A DNA stretch of 64,000 nucleotides from an uncultured Acidobacteriota bacterium (GTDB lineage Bacteria > Acidobacteriota > Vicinamibacteria > Vicinamibacterales > SCN-69-37), in contig CAVXSP010000002.1 of the NCBI GenBank assembly GCA_963764505.1, forward strand, positions 38,940 through 102,939, read 5' to 3'. The stretch's first letter is position 1; every line of letters begins with the position of its first letter. This document shows, piece by piece, positions 21,685-31,553 of this stretch. The position numbers and the translations under genes are program-made. Below the pieces are notes generated by a model. The model was not told the DNA's origin. It searched no databases and was given only the letters and a program-made list of their open reading frames with translations.

Positions 21685-23644
21685 GTGTGGGTCAGCGGGC
21701 GCCGGCAGAACGGCAGGCTCCAGTTGGACACGGCCCCCGTGCGTGGATCCGTCGGTCGCGATCGGCTGCTCGCGGCCCTCGGCCTCGTGGGGTGCACGCT
21801 GTTCGCACTCCCGATCGTGGCGACCTGGCGCAGCCCGGGCGTGCCGCCCACACTCCAGAGTCTGTCCGCGGCGCTGCTGCTTCTGACCGCCGTCCGACCC
21901 GGCTGGGGTCTGCTGGCCGTTGCCGCGCTGCTGCCGGTGTCGCCGTATCTGTCGGCCATCCTCGGAGCCGAGGTGGCGTCGCCGGCGGCCGCAGAAATCC
22001 TGCTCGCGCCGTTCCTGCTGGCCGCGGGTGTGCGTGCGGCGCTCGGCCGGCCGCAGGGGACGGAACTGGTCCGGCCGGCCGTCGTTCTCGGCGGCCTGAT
22101 TGCGATTGGCGGCGCCGTCGGGCTCGCGGAGCGCCAACAGGTCACGACGTGGCCGCTCGACTTCGTGCGGCACCTCGTGGATCACCTCTGGGCCCACTAC
22201 TTCGCGGATTCCGCGGACTTCGTCGCGTATCACCTGGCGGCCTGGTGGATTGAAGGCCTGGCGCTCGCCGCGCTCGCCGAGCGGCTGATCCGCTCGGGCA
22301 GTGCGGGCCGGACCGCGCTCGTCTGGGGCGGCGCCGCGGCGGCCGCCACGTCGTGGCTCCGGCTGATCCAGATTTCATGGCGCCGGCCGGAGCCGTTCGC
22401 GGCGGCCCTCGGTTTCCTGCAAACGCAGCGCATCAATACGCTGTTCACCGATGTGAACGCCGCCGGCTCGCTGTACGCCTTGTGCCTCGTCCCGGCCGCC
22501 TGGCTGGCGTGGCGCGGTGGCGGTCGTCGCAGTGGGACCCGGCAATGGCTTCGAGGGGCGGGGGGCGGCGCGGCGGCCGTTGTGATCGCTCTCGCGCTCT
22601 GGATGACGCACTCGCGCGCCGCCGATGCGGGCGCCCTCGTCGCACTGGCTTCGGCGTGGCTGGCGTCGCGGCGCCCCGCCCGCCGTACGGCCGCGGCCGC
22701 CGTCGGACTCGCCGCCGTGCTGCTCATCGTCTTCGTTGCCGTGAGTCCGCCGTCGGAGCAGCAGGTCTCCTCGGGGCGCTCGCTGGGCATCCGATGGAAG
22801 ATGGCCGGGATCGCCCTGCAGATCACGCAGGAACATCCGGTGTTCGGCATCGGACTCGGCGAGTTTCGGCAGGCGTCCCGTGCGTTCGTCACGCCCGACG
22901 TCGTGACGCTCTTCCCCGAGACGGCGGTCGGCGAGAACGCGCACAACAACTTCCTGCAGATTCTCGCGGAGCTCGGGATCGCCGGACTCCTGGCGTTCCT
23001 GTGGCTGCTGGCCGCCGCCGCGCGGCCGCTCGGCCGCGCCTGGCGGCTTGGCCGGATCGACGACCTGCATCTGGGACTGGCGGGCGGCGTGCTGGCGTTC
23101 CTGATCACCTGCCTCGCGGGCCATCCGTTCCTGACGACCGAAGTCCTCTGGGTCTTTCTCGCGGCGCTCGGTGTGACCGCCGGACTGGGGCCCGCCCGCC
23201 CGCGCCCCGCTGTCGGCGCGTGGAGTCGCCGCATCGCGTCTGCCGTGACGGCGGCTGTCCTCGTCGCCGCGCCGGTCCGGTTCTGGGAGCTGCGCCACCA
23301 GGATCTGCACCGTGTCGCGATCGGCGTCGGGCCGCCGAGCCGGGATGCAGGCGGTGCGTGGTACCGGATGGCCGCGGCGCGCTCCCTGTGGTTCGTGCCG
23401 TCGGCGGCACGCAGTGTCCGGATTCCGCTCCGCGTGACCGACGATTCCCCGTCTTTCTGCCGTGTGCACGTCGATCTCGACGGGGCGCCGGCGAACATCG
23501 TCGATGTCACGGCGGCCGGCTGGCAGGTACGTCGACCTGCCGCTCGATCCCGCGCGTGCGCCGTCCTCGTCGCACCGCGTCGAGTTGCGGACCGACGAGT
23601 CGGAGTGCCGGCTGATGGTGGGCGATCTGGAGATTCGCGAGTAG
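21685..23644 (+). CDS. O-antigen ligase (Wzy_C) family membrane protein (start uncertain; +1 frameshift near 23527)
   Basis: Multi-TM; THSRA, HPVFGIGLGEF, ENAHNNFLQILAELGIAG. Removing one G at 23526/7 continues into YVDLPLD...VELRTDESECRLMVGDLEIRE, stop at 23644. Confidence 0.85.
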
Positions 23645-23711
23645 GGCAAACGGCCCCTCGCGTCTCGGCGCCTGGCATCGGGCGAAAAGCCGTGCGGCCA
23701 GCGGCGGCCGC

Positions 23712-23846
23712 CGCCTAACAGCGGTTTCGGGAATCGTGTAGTGCGCTGTTGGCCCTCACTCGCGATCTCGCGCGCCACCACAGCGGCGCGCTGCTCGAAT
23801 TCGGGCCTACAGCCCACTACACGATTCCCGAAAACCGCGTTAGGCG
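23712..23846. mobile_element. 135-bp inverted-repeat element (MITE-like or attC-like)
   Basis: 44-bp arms: CGCCTAACAGCGGTTTCGGGAATCGTGTAGTGCGCTGTTGGCCC (23712-23755) versus the reverse complement of 23803-23846, CGCCTAACGCGGTTTTCGGGAATCGTGTAGTGGGCTGTAGGCCC. Inner GCGCGCC/GGCGCGC hairpin. Confidence 0.7.
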
Positions 23847-23855
23847 AACGTCCCG

Positions 23856-25436
23856 CTATCGAGACATCCCCGCATCGGCGGGGGCGCCGTCGGGCGTCGG
23901 CACTTGGAGCACGGTCAGCGTCGGGCCGGGATGCTCCCGGCTCTGCGAAACGACCGCGACGATCTGGGTCGCGGCGAAGAGCTGCCGGTACGCGGCCGCG
24001 TGGGGATCGTCGCCGGGATGTCCGGAGTCGAACTTCTCCGAGGACACGACGAGATACCTGACGCCCGCGCGGCGGTACGCATCCAGCGGCTCGAGCGCGA
24101 GCGACGGCGTGTAGTCCGAATGGAACCCCGGCGGGAGCGCGATGACCGGAGTCTCCATCACGATCGGGTCGGCCGGGGCGACGTGCCGTTCGAGCCAGCG
24201 CGCCAGCAGCTCTTCCGTGCCGGTGCGGCGTCGATCCCAGTCGAACTTCGCGGACTGCCAGAGGGGCGGCACGATCACGACCAGCGCGGCGGCGAGCGCG
24301 AGCCGGGCGCGGAGCGGCGCGCGGGCCGCATCGCGCACCTGGCCGATTCGTGCGACCGTGACGCCTACTGCGAGGCCGAGCATCGGCAGCAGCGGGAGCG
24401 CGTACCGCGCGTAGACGAGAGACTGGTGCGAAATCATCCAGAAGTAGGACGCGGAGAACGTCAGAATCGCGAGCGCCGCCGGCCGCCTCTGCCGTGAGGC
24501 CGCGATCTGCGCGGCGAGCAGAACGAACCCCGCGAGAGACAGCAGCAGCGCGATCCAGCCAATGAGCCGGGACCAGCCGGGAGGGCCGAACCCGAATCCG
24601 TTCCGGAGATAGGTGACGTACAGGCCGGCCACCCTGCTCGGATCGCGCGGCTGGTTGTACGACGCCGCCAGGTGCGCGAAGCCGCCGAGGAAGTGTGGCA
24701 GGTCCAGTACCGAGTAGGGCGCGGCCGCGACGAAGGCCCCGGCTGCTCCCGCGAGGCTCGCCAGGACGGCGAGCGTGCGGATCCGGACGGGAGGGGCGGT
24801 CGCCGCCGCGGCGAGCGGCATGACGAGCGCGATCGCGCCGTTGTACTTCACCGCCGTCGCCAGGCCAGCCGCCACGCCCGCGGCGAGGAACCACGCCGGG
24901 CGGCCGGTCTCCGACGCGAGAAGGGAGAGCAGGAGCGCCCACGCGACGAGCAGCGCCAACGGCGTGTCGGTGAGCGCGAAGTGCGCCTCGCGCACGAGAT
25001 TCGGCTGGATGGCCACGATGAAGGCGGCGATCAGCGCCGCGCGCTCGCCCCACCGCAGCCCGGTTCGGTACACGACATAGATGAGCATCGTCCCGGCGAG
25101 CGCCGTGGCGTACCGCGCCCACAGGTAGAAATCGCCGTCCCAGACGCGATCGAGCGAAGCGAACGCCGGGTCGCCGGCGAGGGCGCCGGTGGCGAACCGC
25201 GCGCTGGCCACCGCCAGATGGAAGTAGATGATCAGTCCGCCGTAGTCGAAGAAGTGCGGGTTGAGGTCCCCGGACTTCATCATCAGCACGACGCGCCGCA
25301 GGATTTCCGGCTCGTCGACGCCGACGGTGTGCGGAATGCCGTTGCCGATGCTCCAGCACCGGAGGCCGAGGCCCCCGGCCAGGATGCCGAGCACAGCCAG
25401 CCGGGTTCGACGGCCTGGAATCGGGAAATCGGCCAC
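23856..25436 (-). CDS. GT-C (ArnT/PMT, GT39-like) membrane glycosyltransferase
   Basis: GVDEPEI acidic motif in the first loop, DLNPHFFDY, TDTPL, GLATAVKY, YARYALPLLP; many TM segments. Confidence 0.85.
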   Translation of the reverse strand: MADFPIPGRRTRLAVLGILAGGLGLRCWSIGNGIPHTVGVDEPEILRRVVLMMKSGDLNPHFFDYGGLIIYFHLAVASARFATGALAGDPAFASLDRVWDGDFYLWARYATALAGTMLIYVVYRTGLRWGERAALIAAFIVAIQPNLVREAHFALTDTPLALLVAWALLLSLLASETGRPAWFLAAGVAAGLATAVKYNGAIALVMPLAAAATAPPVRIRTLAVLASLAGAAGAFVAAAPYSVLDLPHFLGGFAHLAASYNQPRDPSRVAGLYVTYLRNGFGFGPPGWSRLIGWIALLLSLAGFVLLAAQIAASRQRRPAALAILTFSASYFWMISHQSLVYARYALPLLPMLGLAVGVTVARIGQVRDAARAPLRARLALAAALVVIVPPLWQSAKFDWDRRRTGTEELLARWLERHVAPADPIVMETPVIALPPGFHSDYTPSLALEPLDAYRRAGVRYLVVSSEKFDSGHPGDDPHAAAYRQLFAATQIVAVVSQSREHPGPTLTVLQVPTPDGAPADAGMSR

Positions 25437-25445
25437 GCCAGGATT

Positions 25446-26714
25446 CTAATCGCCGCGGGACGAACGCCTGGCGGCGAGCTCCGAGTAGAGGTCCAGATAG
25501 CGATCCACCAGCACGCCCCACGCGAACGTGGACTCCACGATCTGCCGGCTGCGTGCGGCCATGCCGAGCAGCCGGACCGGATCGCCGACCGCATCGCTGA
25601 TCGCCGCCGCCAGTGCCGCGGCGTCGCCCGGCTCCACGAGCCAGCCGTTCACGCCCGGCTGCACCTTGTCGGGCAGGCCGCCGGCCCTGGTCGCCACCAC
25701 CGGCTTGCGGTGCGCCATGGCTTCGAGGGTCACGAGCGAGCTGCCCTCGTATCGCGTCGGGTGCACGAACAGCGTCGCCGCTTCGTACCAGGCGTGGAGA
25801 TCCCGATCGGGCGCCCGGCCGGCCAGCGTCACGTGCGCGCCGAGTCCGTGCGCCTCGATCGTCCGCTCGAGCTCGCGCCGGAAGGGCCCGCTCCCCACGA
25901 TGACCCACCGCCAGCCGTGGCGCGCGAGCGGACTGTCGCCGTGGACGATACGGGCCAGCGCGTCCGCGAGAACGTCGAGCCCTTTGTTCTGCTCGAGACG
26001 GCCGACGCTCAAGAGCACCGTCTCGCCCGCGCGGATGCCGTGCCGCTCCCGGATGAGGCGCCCGTCGGCCGGTCCGGCGAATCCGGCGAGCGCGACCAGA
26101 TCGATGCCGTTCGGAATCGTTCGCAGCTGCTCCGGCCGGGGACGAAGATGGCGCGCGACCACCGGCTCGAGCGCCGTGTCGGTGACGATCACGGCATCTG
26201 CGGCCCGGCTGCATTGCCGCACGGCGCGCTGCAGGGGCCAGTATCCCAGCATCTTCGCGACCGGCGCCTCGATGGCTGACGCGCCGAACTCTTCGAGGCC
26301 CTGCGGGTTGAACACGAGCGGCGGGTCGTCACGCCGGCGCCCCATCGCGTAGCCGAGCACGCTCGCCCCGAACCCATGGACGACGTCGACGCCGCCGGTT
26401 CGCGCGAGCGCCCGCGCGAGTCGTCCGGCGCGAAACCCGAACAGGGGATAGGCCGTGCTGCGGTCGAGAATCGTCGTGCCGCGCCGGCCGGCGAACGGGA
26501 ACGTGACGTACGGCACGGACCGAAGGGTGATGTTCGCGGACGCGAACGGATCGACCGCCTGCGGACGGACGGCGCCGGGCGGCGGCGTGATCAGCGTGAC
26601 GCGGGCGCCCCTGTCGGCCAGGTGCCGGACGAGATCGTGGACGGATCGTTCGAGGCCGCCCACGCCATGCAGAGGCATCACCGCACGCGCGACGACGATG
26701 ACCTTCAGCGACAT
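25446..26714 (-). CDS. Glycosyltransferase family 4
   Basis: GGLERSV, TIPNGID, VGRLEQNKG, PTRYEGSSLVTLEAM (EX7E). Confidence 0.92.
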   Translation of the reverse strand: MSLKVIVVARAVMPLHGVGGLERSVHDLVRHLADRGARVTLITPPPGAVRPQAVDPFASANITLRSVPYVTFPFAGRRGTTILDRSTAYPLFGFRAGRLARALARTGGVDVVHGFGASVLGYAMGRRRDDPPLVFNPQGLEEFGASAIEAPVAKMLGYWPLQRAVRQCSRAADAVIVTDTALEPVVARHLRPRPEQLRTIPNGIDLVALAGFAGPADGRLIRERHGIRAGETVLLSVGRLEQNKGLDVLADALARIVHGDSPLARHGWRWVIVGSGPFRRELERTIEAHGLGAHVTLAGRAPDRDLHAWYEAATLFVHPTRYEGSSLVTLEAMAHRKPVVATRAGGLPDKVQPGVNGWLVEPGDAAALAAAISDAVGDPVRLLGMAARSRQIVESTFAWGVLVDRYLDLYSELAARRSSRGD

Positions 26715-26744
26715 CGAGGCGCGGGACCGTGGGGTGGCATGTGC

Positions 26745-28019
26745 TCAAGCCGCGTCGGGCAGCAGCAGCGATCGATAGACCTGCTCGACCTGCTCGACGA
26801 CCGTAGAGGCGCTGAAGCGCGTGTGGACGTCGGCCCGCGCCGCGGCGCCCAGCTCGTCGCGCAGTTGCGCGTCGCCGGCGAGGCGGGCGAGATCATCCGC
26901 GAAGGCGCTCGGACTCTTCGACAGCAGGGCGGTCGTGCCATGGCGGAGGATGTCGCGCGTGCCGCCGGTGTCCATCGCGGCAATCGGAACGCCCAGCGCC
27001 GCGGCCTCGAGCAGCACGCGGCTCAAGGACTCCGGCCCGTAGGACGGGAACGCCAGCAGCGCGGCGTGCCGCATCCAGCCGAGCGCGTCGGTGCGGCCGA
27101 GCCAGCCGAGCAGCCGGAGGTCGATGCCGCGGGCGCGGGCCTCCGATTCGAGCCGGCCGCGCAGCGGCCCGTCGCCGACGACCACGAGCGGCCAGGTCAG
27201 TTGCGCCCGCCTGTAGGCATCGAGCAGAAACTGGACGCCTTTGTTCGTGGCCAGCTTCCCCGCGTACAGCACGTACTCGCCGAGCATCGGAGCCGTGGCC
27301 TCCCGGAAGACGTCGTCGAGCCGGGCCATGTCGACGGGGTTCGGAATCGTATAGAGAGGCGTTGCCGCGAGCTCGGGCGCGCGGCGCCGGAGGTCGTCGG
27401 CAATCGCGTGGCTGACGGCGATCACGGCGCCGGCGCGGGCCAGCGTGCGCCGTTTGACCCGAAGATTGCGGCGCATGTACGGGATGATCGGCCACGCGAG
27501 CGGAAGCGCCGCACCGGCGCGCGGCCGCACGCAGCGCGTCATCATCCGGACGGTGCACTCCGGACAGAGCCCGGCGGCGTCGGGGTCGTAGATGAGATCC
27601 GACCAGTAGCAGACCGGCCAGTAGTCGCGGACCGTCGCGACGACCGGCGTGCCATCCCGCGCACCGGCGCGAATCGCCGGCACGGTCGACATGACGTGCT
27701 GGGCGTGCACGACATCGAACGCGCCCTGCGACAGACGCGTCGTCAGGAACCGCGTGAGTGCGTCCCACAGCCGCTCGTTCTTCGCGAAGTTCCGCACGAC
27801 GGGAGTCGTCGGCGACTGGCGGCAGAACTGCGTCACGCGCACGCCCTCGTAGCTCCGCTCGAATTCGCCAGAACGTGAGCGGGCGTCGATCTTCACGACC
27901 TCGACGTGATGGCCGCGCGCCATCAGACCGCGCACGAGCTCGAACGTGCTCCAGCCGCTCCCGCCGCACAACGGCGGGAACGAATCGGTGACGACGAGGA
28001 CGCGGAGGGGAGAGCTCAT
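26745..28019 (-). CDS. Glycosyltransferase family 4 (with Cys-rich insert)
   Basis: MSSPLRVLVVTDSFPPLCGGSG, TVRDYWPVC...CPEC...C, YAGKLATNKG, PESLSRVLLEAA; start trimmed to 28019. Confidence 0.9.
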   Translation of the reverse strand: MSSPLRVLVVTDSFPPLCGGSGWSTFELVRGLMARGHHVEVVKIDARSRSGEFERSYEGVRVTQFCRQSPTTPVVRNFAKNERLWDALTRFLTTRLSQGAFDVVHAQHVMSTVPAIRAGARDGTPVVATVRDYWPVCYWSDLIYDPDAAGLCPECTVRMMTRCVRPRAGAALPLAWPIIPYMRRNLRVKRRTLARAGAVIAVSHAIADDLRRRAPELAATPLYTIPNPVDMARLDDVFREATAPMLGEYVLYAGKLATNKGVQFLLDAYRRAQLTWPLVVVGDGPLRGRLESEARARGIDLRLLGWLGRTDALGWMRHAALLAFPSYGPESLSRVLLEAAALGVPIAAMDTGGTRDILRHGTTALLSKSPSAFADDLARLAGDAQLRDELGAAARADVHTRFSASTVVEQVEQVYRSLLLPDAA

Positions 28020-28021
28020 GA

Positions 28022-28066
28022 AAGCCAGAAGCCAGAAGCCAGAAGCCAGAAGCCAGAAGCCAGAAG
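28022..28066. repeat. Perfect heptamer tandem repeat (AAGCCAG)6 plus a partial unit
   Basis: Directly visible; fills most of the gap between two GT4 genes. Confidence 0.95.
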
Positions 28067-28075
28067 AAGCGAATC

Positions 28076-29233
28076 CTACTCCTTGTGCCGGAGCACTCTC
28101 AGCCGCGCGTCGAGTTTCGCGCAGTGCACGTCCCAGCCGAACTCCCGAACGGCGCGCGCGCGGGCGGCGGCCCCGAGTCGCCGCCGAAGCGCCGGATCGG
28201 CCAGCGCGGTCAGCGCACGCTCGAGCCCATGCGGCTCCCGAGGGTCGTAGAGCAGGCCCTCCTGATTGTGCTCGATCAGCCGATCGAGGCGCGCGATCCT
28301 CGGCACGACCACCGGCAGTCCGGATGCCATGTACTCGAACACCTTGAGCGGCGACCAGAAGAAGCCCAGCCGCATTGGCGGGTGGCGCGCGGGATCGAAC
28401 GGCGCCACGCCGATGTCGCTCGACGCCAGATAGGCGGGCAGATCCTCGTGCGGGACGCGGCCGGTGAAGACGATCCCGGGCACGCCCGCGGCCGCCCGCT
28501 CGGCTGCCGCGCGCTCCGGCCCGTCGCCAATGAACAGGCCGCCGAACCGTTGATCGCCGCTCCGATGCAGACGCGCCAGCGCGGCCGCCAGGTGCGGGGC
28601 GCCGTGCCAGGCGCGGAACGCGCCGGCGAAGGCGCACCAGATGCGGCTCGCGTCGCGCGGGCGCGAGGAGGTCGCCGCGGCATCCGGCCTGAACCTCGCC
28701 GTGTCCGCGCCCCACTCGATTTCGAGCACCCGCGCCCGGTCGACCCACGCGGGGAGCATCGAGGCGCTCGGCGCGACGAACAGGTCCGCGAGACGGCAGA
28801 GGCGCTCGCGCCACCGGCGCATCGGCTGGACGATCAGGGCGCGATCGAGCGCGGCTTTCGGCGACCCGGGATAGTCGACGACCGGAGCGTTGACCTCGAG
28901 GACGGCCGGCAGCCCCAGCCGGCGCGCGGCCAGCACGCCCTCGCCGCCGAAGTTGTAGTAGCGCTCCATCACGAGATCCGCGCCGATCGTCTGCACAAGC
29001 CGGGCGACCTCGCGCGTCCGCGCCCAACGCAGCGCTGGCACGCCGAGCGGCGACGACATCGCATGCCACGTCACGGATCCCCTGGGCCAGTCGCCGCCGG
29101 GCGTCGTCGCCACGTGCACGTCGTGGCCGAGCGCCGCGAGTCCTTCGGCCACGCCCTGGACGTGCACCGAGCCGCCGAGCGTTCCAGGCACCGTCTGATC
29201 GATCGCGACGTACAGCAGGCGCATCGGGATCAC
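28076..29233 (-). CDS. Glycosyltransferase family 4
   Basis: GGSVHVQGVAEGL, LEVNAP, FAGAFRAWHG, SPLKVFEYMASG. Confidence 0.92.
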   Translation of the reverse strand: MIPMRLLYVAIDQTVPGTLGGSVHVQGVAEGLAALGHDVHVATTPGGDWPRGSVTWHAMSSPLGVPALRWARTREVARLVQTIGADLVMERYYNFGGEGVLAARRLGLPAVLEVNAPVVDYPGSPKAALDRALIVQPMRRWRERLCRLADLFVAPSASMLPAWVDRARVLEIEWGADTARFRPDAAATSSRPRDASRIWCAFAGAFRAWHGAPHLAAALARLHRSGDQRFGGLFIGDGPERAAAERAAAGVPGIVFTGRVPHEDLPAYLASSDIGVAPFDPARHPPMRLGFFWSPLKVFEYMASGLPVVVPRIARLDRLIEHNQEGLLYDPREPHGLERALTALADPALRRRLGAAARARAVREFGWDVHCAKLDARLRVLRHKE

Positions 29234-30326
29234 GCGTCGCTTTCGATCTCGGCCCGCGCCGCGGCGGCGTGGTGCGGGTCTCGACCCTTGCGGAACAGCG
29301 CGAAGAACGGACCCGACCGGATGCGCCCGAACAGCCAGACGTCCAGCCCCATCAGCGCGGTGAGCAGACGCAGCGCGAGATACGTCGGCCCGCCGCTCCG
29401 AACGCGCGCCTTGGCCGAGGCGCGCACGCGGCGGACCGTCTCGCCCGCACCGGACTCTTGGACCTTTGGACCTTGGACCTCTGCGCGACGATGGTCATCA
29501 TCCGCTCGGCGATCCTGACGACGACGTTCTCGATGAAGGCACCGATCACGGGCGTGTAGTACGTGATCCGCTCGATCTGGAAGCCGCTTGCCTCGACCAC
29601 CGCTCGCAGCTCGTCGTGGTCCGCGATCGGGTTCAGGTGGTCGGACTTGCGGAGGCGCTCCTGCCGGAGATCGATCAGCCCGGCGCGCTCGCAGAGTCCG
29701 GCGAACCGGTTGACGATCCGCACGCCGCCGGCCAGCCAGCCGTTCTTCCGGACGTGCGTGTAGACGAACAGGGCGCCGCCCGGCGCCAGGACCCGGTGCG
29801 CTTCGCGCAGCACGTCGCCGAGCGCCTGGGGCGACAGGTGCTCGAGCACATCGAGGGACCAGGCCTTGTCGAACATGCCGTCGCGGAGCGGGAGCCGCCG
29901 CAGGTCGCCCAGCAGCAGCTCGCAGCGGTCGACCGCCTCGCGAGCGAAGAACGGACTGATGTCGATCCCAGTCAGCCGCGCGCCGGTGTCGCTGTTCCAG
30001 ACGAGTGCGCGGCCGCTGCCGCAGCCGAGGTCGAGGACGCGATCGCCCGCCGCGAGACGAAGGAACGCGCGCAGCCGGTCGTGGCGAATGCGCGACCCGA
30101 GCACCGGCGGCGCGACCGATGCGTGGCGGGCGTCGGCGTGCAGCGCCTCGTCGAGGTACTTGGTCTGTTCGGCGAACGGCGCGAGCGGGCGGAGGTCGAG
30201 GTAGCCGTGCGAACTGTCGAACTGGCGCCCGCAGCCGCGGCACTGCACGCCGGGTGCGCTCGTGAGCGTCAGCGCGCCCGCGCAGTCCGGACAGCGGGCG
30301 GCCGCGAGCAGGGCGGCGGAGATCAT
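29230..30326 (-). CDS. Class I SAM methyltransferase with N-terminal Trm112-like Zn ribbon (frameshift at 29468-29474)
   Basis: CPDC...CRGC, VLDLGCGSG, DVLEHL, RVLAPGG. The natural C-terminus (LMGLDVWLFGRIRSGPFFALFRK) is in the adjacent frame, ends at 29230 and overlaps the next gene's start. Confidence 0.85.
29452..29482. repeat. Degenerate octamer tandem repeat inside the methyltransferase CDS
   Basis: GGACTCTT GGACCTTT GGACCTT GGACCTCT (8, 8, 7, 8 nt). Confidence 0.85.
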
Positions 30327-31543
30327 GCGGCCATCGCGGCGGCGAACGCCGCTTCCAGCCGCTCCGCCCGGCGGGTCCACGTGTACTGCGGGGCGAGCGC
30401 GCCGGCGCCCTGCGCAAGGCGGGCGGACAGCACCGGGTCGGCCGCCAGACGGGCAATGGCCTCTGCGAGCGCATCCGCATCGCCGGGCGGCACGAGCAGC
30501 GCGCTCACGTCAGGGGCGAGCACCTCGCGGATCGCCGGCAGATCGGACGCGATGATCGGCCGGCCCATCGTCAGGTATTCGAACAGCTTGAGCGGTGACG
30601 TGTAGCGCTCCGAGATGGCGGACCGCGTGTTCGGCAGGACGAGCATCGTCGCCGCGGCGAGTTGATTGCGCACGTCGGTCGGGCCGACGAGTCCGGTCAG
30701 ATCCACCCGGTCCTGCAGGTCGAGGGTTCGAATCAACGCCTCGATGCGCGCCACGTCCGATTCGCCGGGATGGCCGCCGACGACGAGGCCCCGGACATGG
30801 GGCACACGCGCGATCGCCTGCAGGAAGACGTCGACGCCCTTCCAGGGGTACAAGTGGCCGGCGTAGGCGGCAAGGGGGACGGGTGTCGATCTGTGGACAA
30901 CTCCTCGGTCAGGCGCCGTTGAGTTTTCCACAGATCGACACCCGTCCCCCTGATCCATCCTCGCCCCGTCCGGCACCACGAATACTCGATCCCGTGGGCC
31001 ATACCGCGACGCCAGCTCGTCCGCGAGCGCACGTGTGATCGTCACATACGCGCCCGCCCGGCGCCAGACGCGGCGCTCGCGGCGGTCGAGACGCTGCCGT
31101 TTCGCCGGCGACGGCGCGAGGTCGGGCCTCCCGAGCAGTGACGGCAGTTCCACGCTGACGGTGACCGACACGCCGTGGGACTCGTACACGATTGGAGGGC
31201 GACGGGCCGGCGGGATGCGCAGCACGAACGCCGCCACGCCCAGGTCGCGCGTGAACACGACGTCGGGCCGGCTGATGACGACGCGCCGGGCGGCGGCGAG
31301 GAGGAACTGCGCGCGCCGCGCGCGCGCGCCGCGCGGACCCGGGACGGGCAGGACGGTGAGGCCCGGCGTGTCGGGCAGGCCGTAGAACTCGAAGGGATCG
31401 CGCGGCGGTACGGACGTGTCCGGCCGCACGACGAGCGTCACGGAATGGCCCTGCATCGCCAGCGCATGGCAGGTCGCCATCGTCTGCATCCCGTTGGCGC
31501 GTTCGATGGGGAAGCGCGTGTCCGCGAAGCACAGAATCGTCAC
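30323..31543 (-). CDS. Glycosyltransferase family 4 carrying an in-frame palindromic insert
   Basis: ANGMQTMATC, YESH, VVPDG, YAGHLYPWKG, TSPLKLFEYL. Confidence 0.92.
   Translation of the reverse strand: MTILCFADTRFPIERANGMQTMATCHALAMQGHSVTLVVRPDTSVPPRDPFEFYGLPDTPGLTVLPVPGPRGARARRAQFLLAAARRVVISRPDVVFTRDLGVAAFVLRIPPARRPPIVYESHGVSVTVSVELPSLLGRPDLAPSPAKRQRLDRRERRVWRRAGAYVTITRALADELASRYGPRDRVFVVPDGARMDQGDGCRSVENSTAPDRGVVHRSTPVPLAAYAGHLYPWKGVDVFLQAIARVPHVRGLVVGGHPGESDVARIEALIRTLDLQDRVDLTGLVGPTDVRNQLAAATMLVLPNTRSAISERYTSPLKLFEYLTMGRPIIASDLPAIREVLAPDVSALLVPPGDADALAEAIARLAADPVLSARLAQGAGALAPQYTWTRRAERLEAAFAAAMAA
30873..30951. repeat. 79-bp palindrome (31-bp arms, 1 mismatch, 17-nt loop) within a CDS
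   Basis: AGGGGGACGGGTGTCGATCTGTGGACAACTC (30873-30903) and GAGTTTTCCACAGATCGACACCCGTCCCCCT (30921-30951). Confidence 0.93.
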
Positions 31544-31553
31544 GTCTCGTCGT

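Noticed and set aside
22375-26214. 1279-aa minus-strand ORF
   Set aside because: Arg/Gly-rich off-frame shadow over real GT genes, typical of high-GC DNA.
30892-30932. DnaA-box-like 9-mers as a replication origin
   Set aside because: Only two boxes, inside a CDS and mirrored by the palindrome; no AT-rich unwinding element or dnaA/dnaN context.
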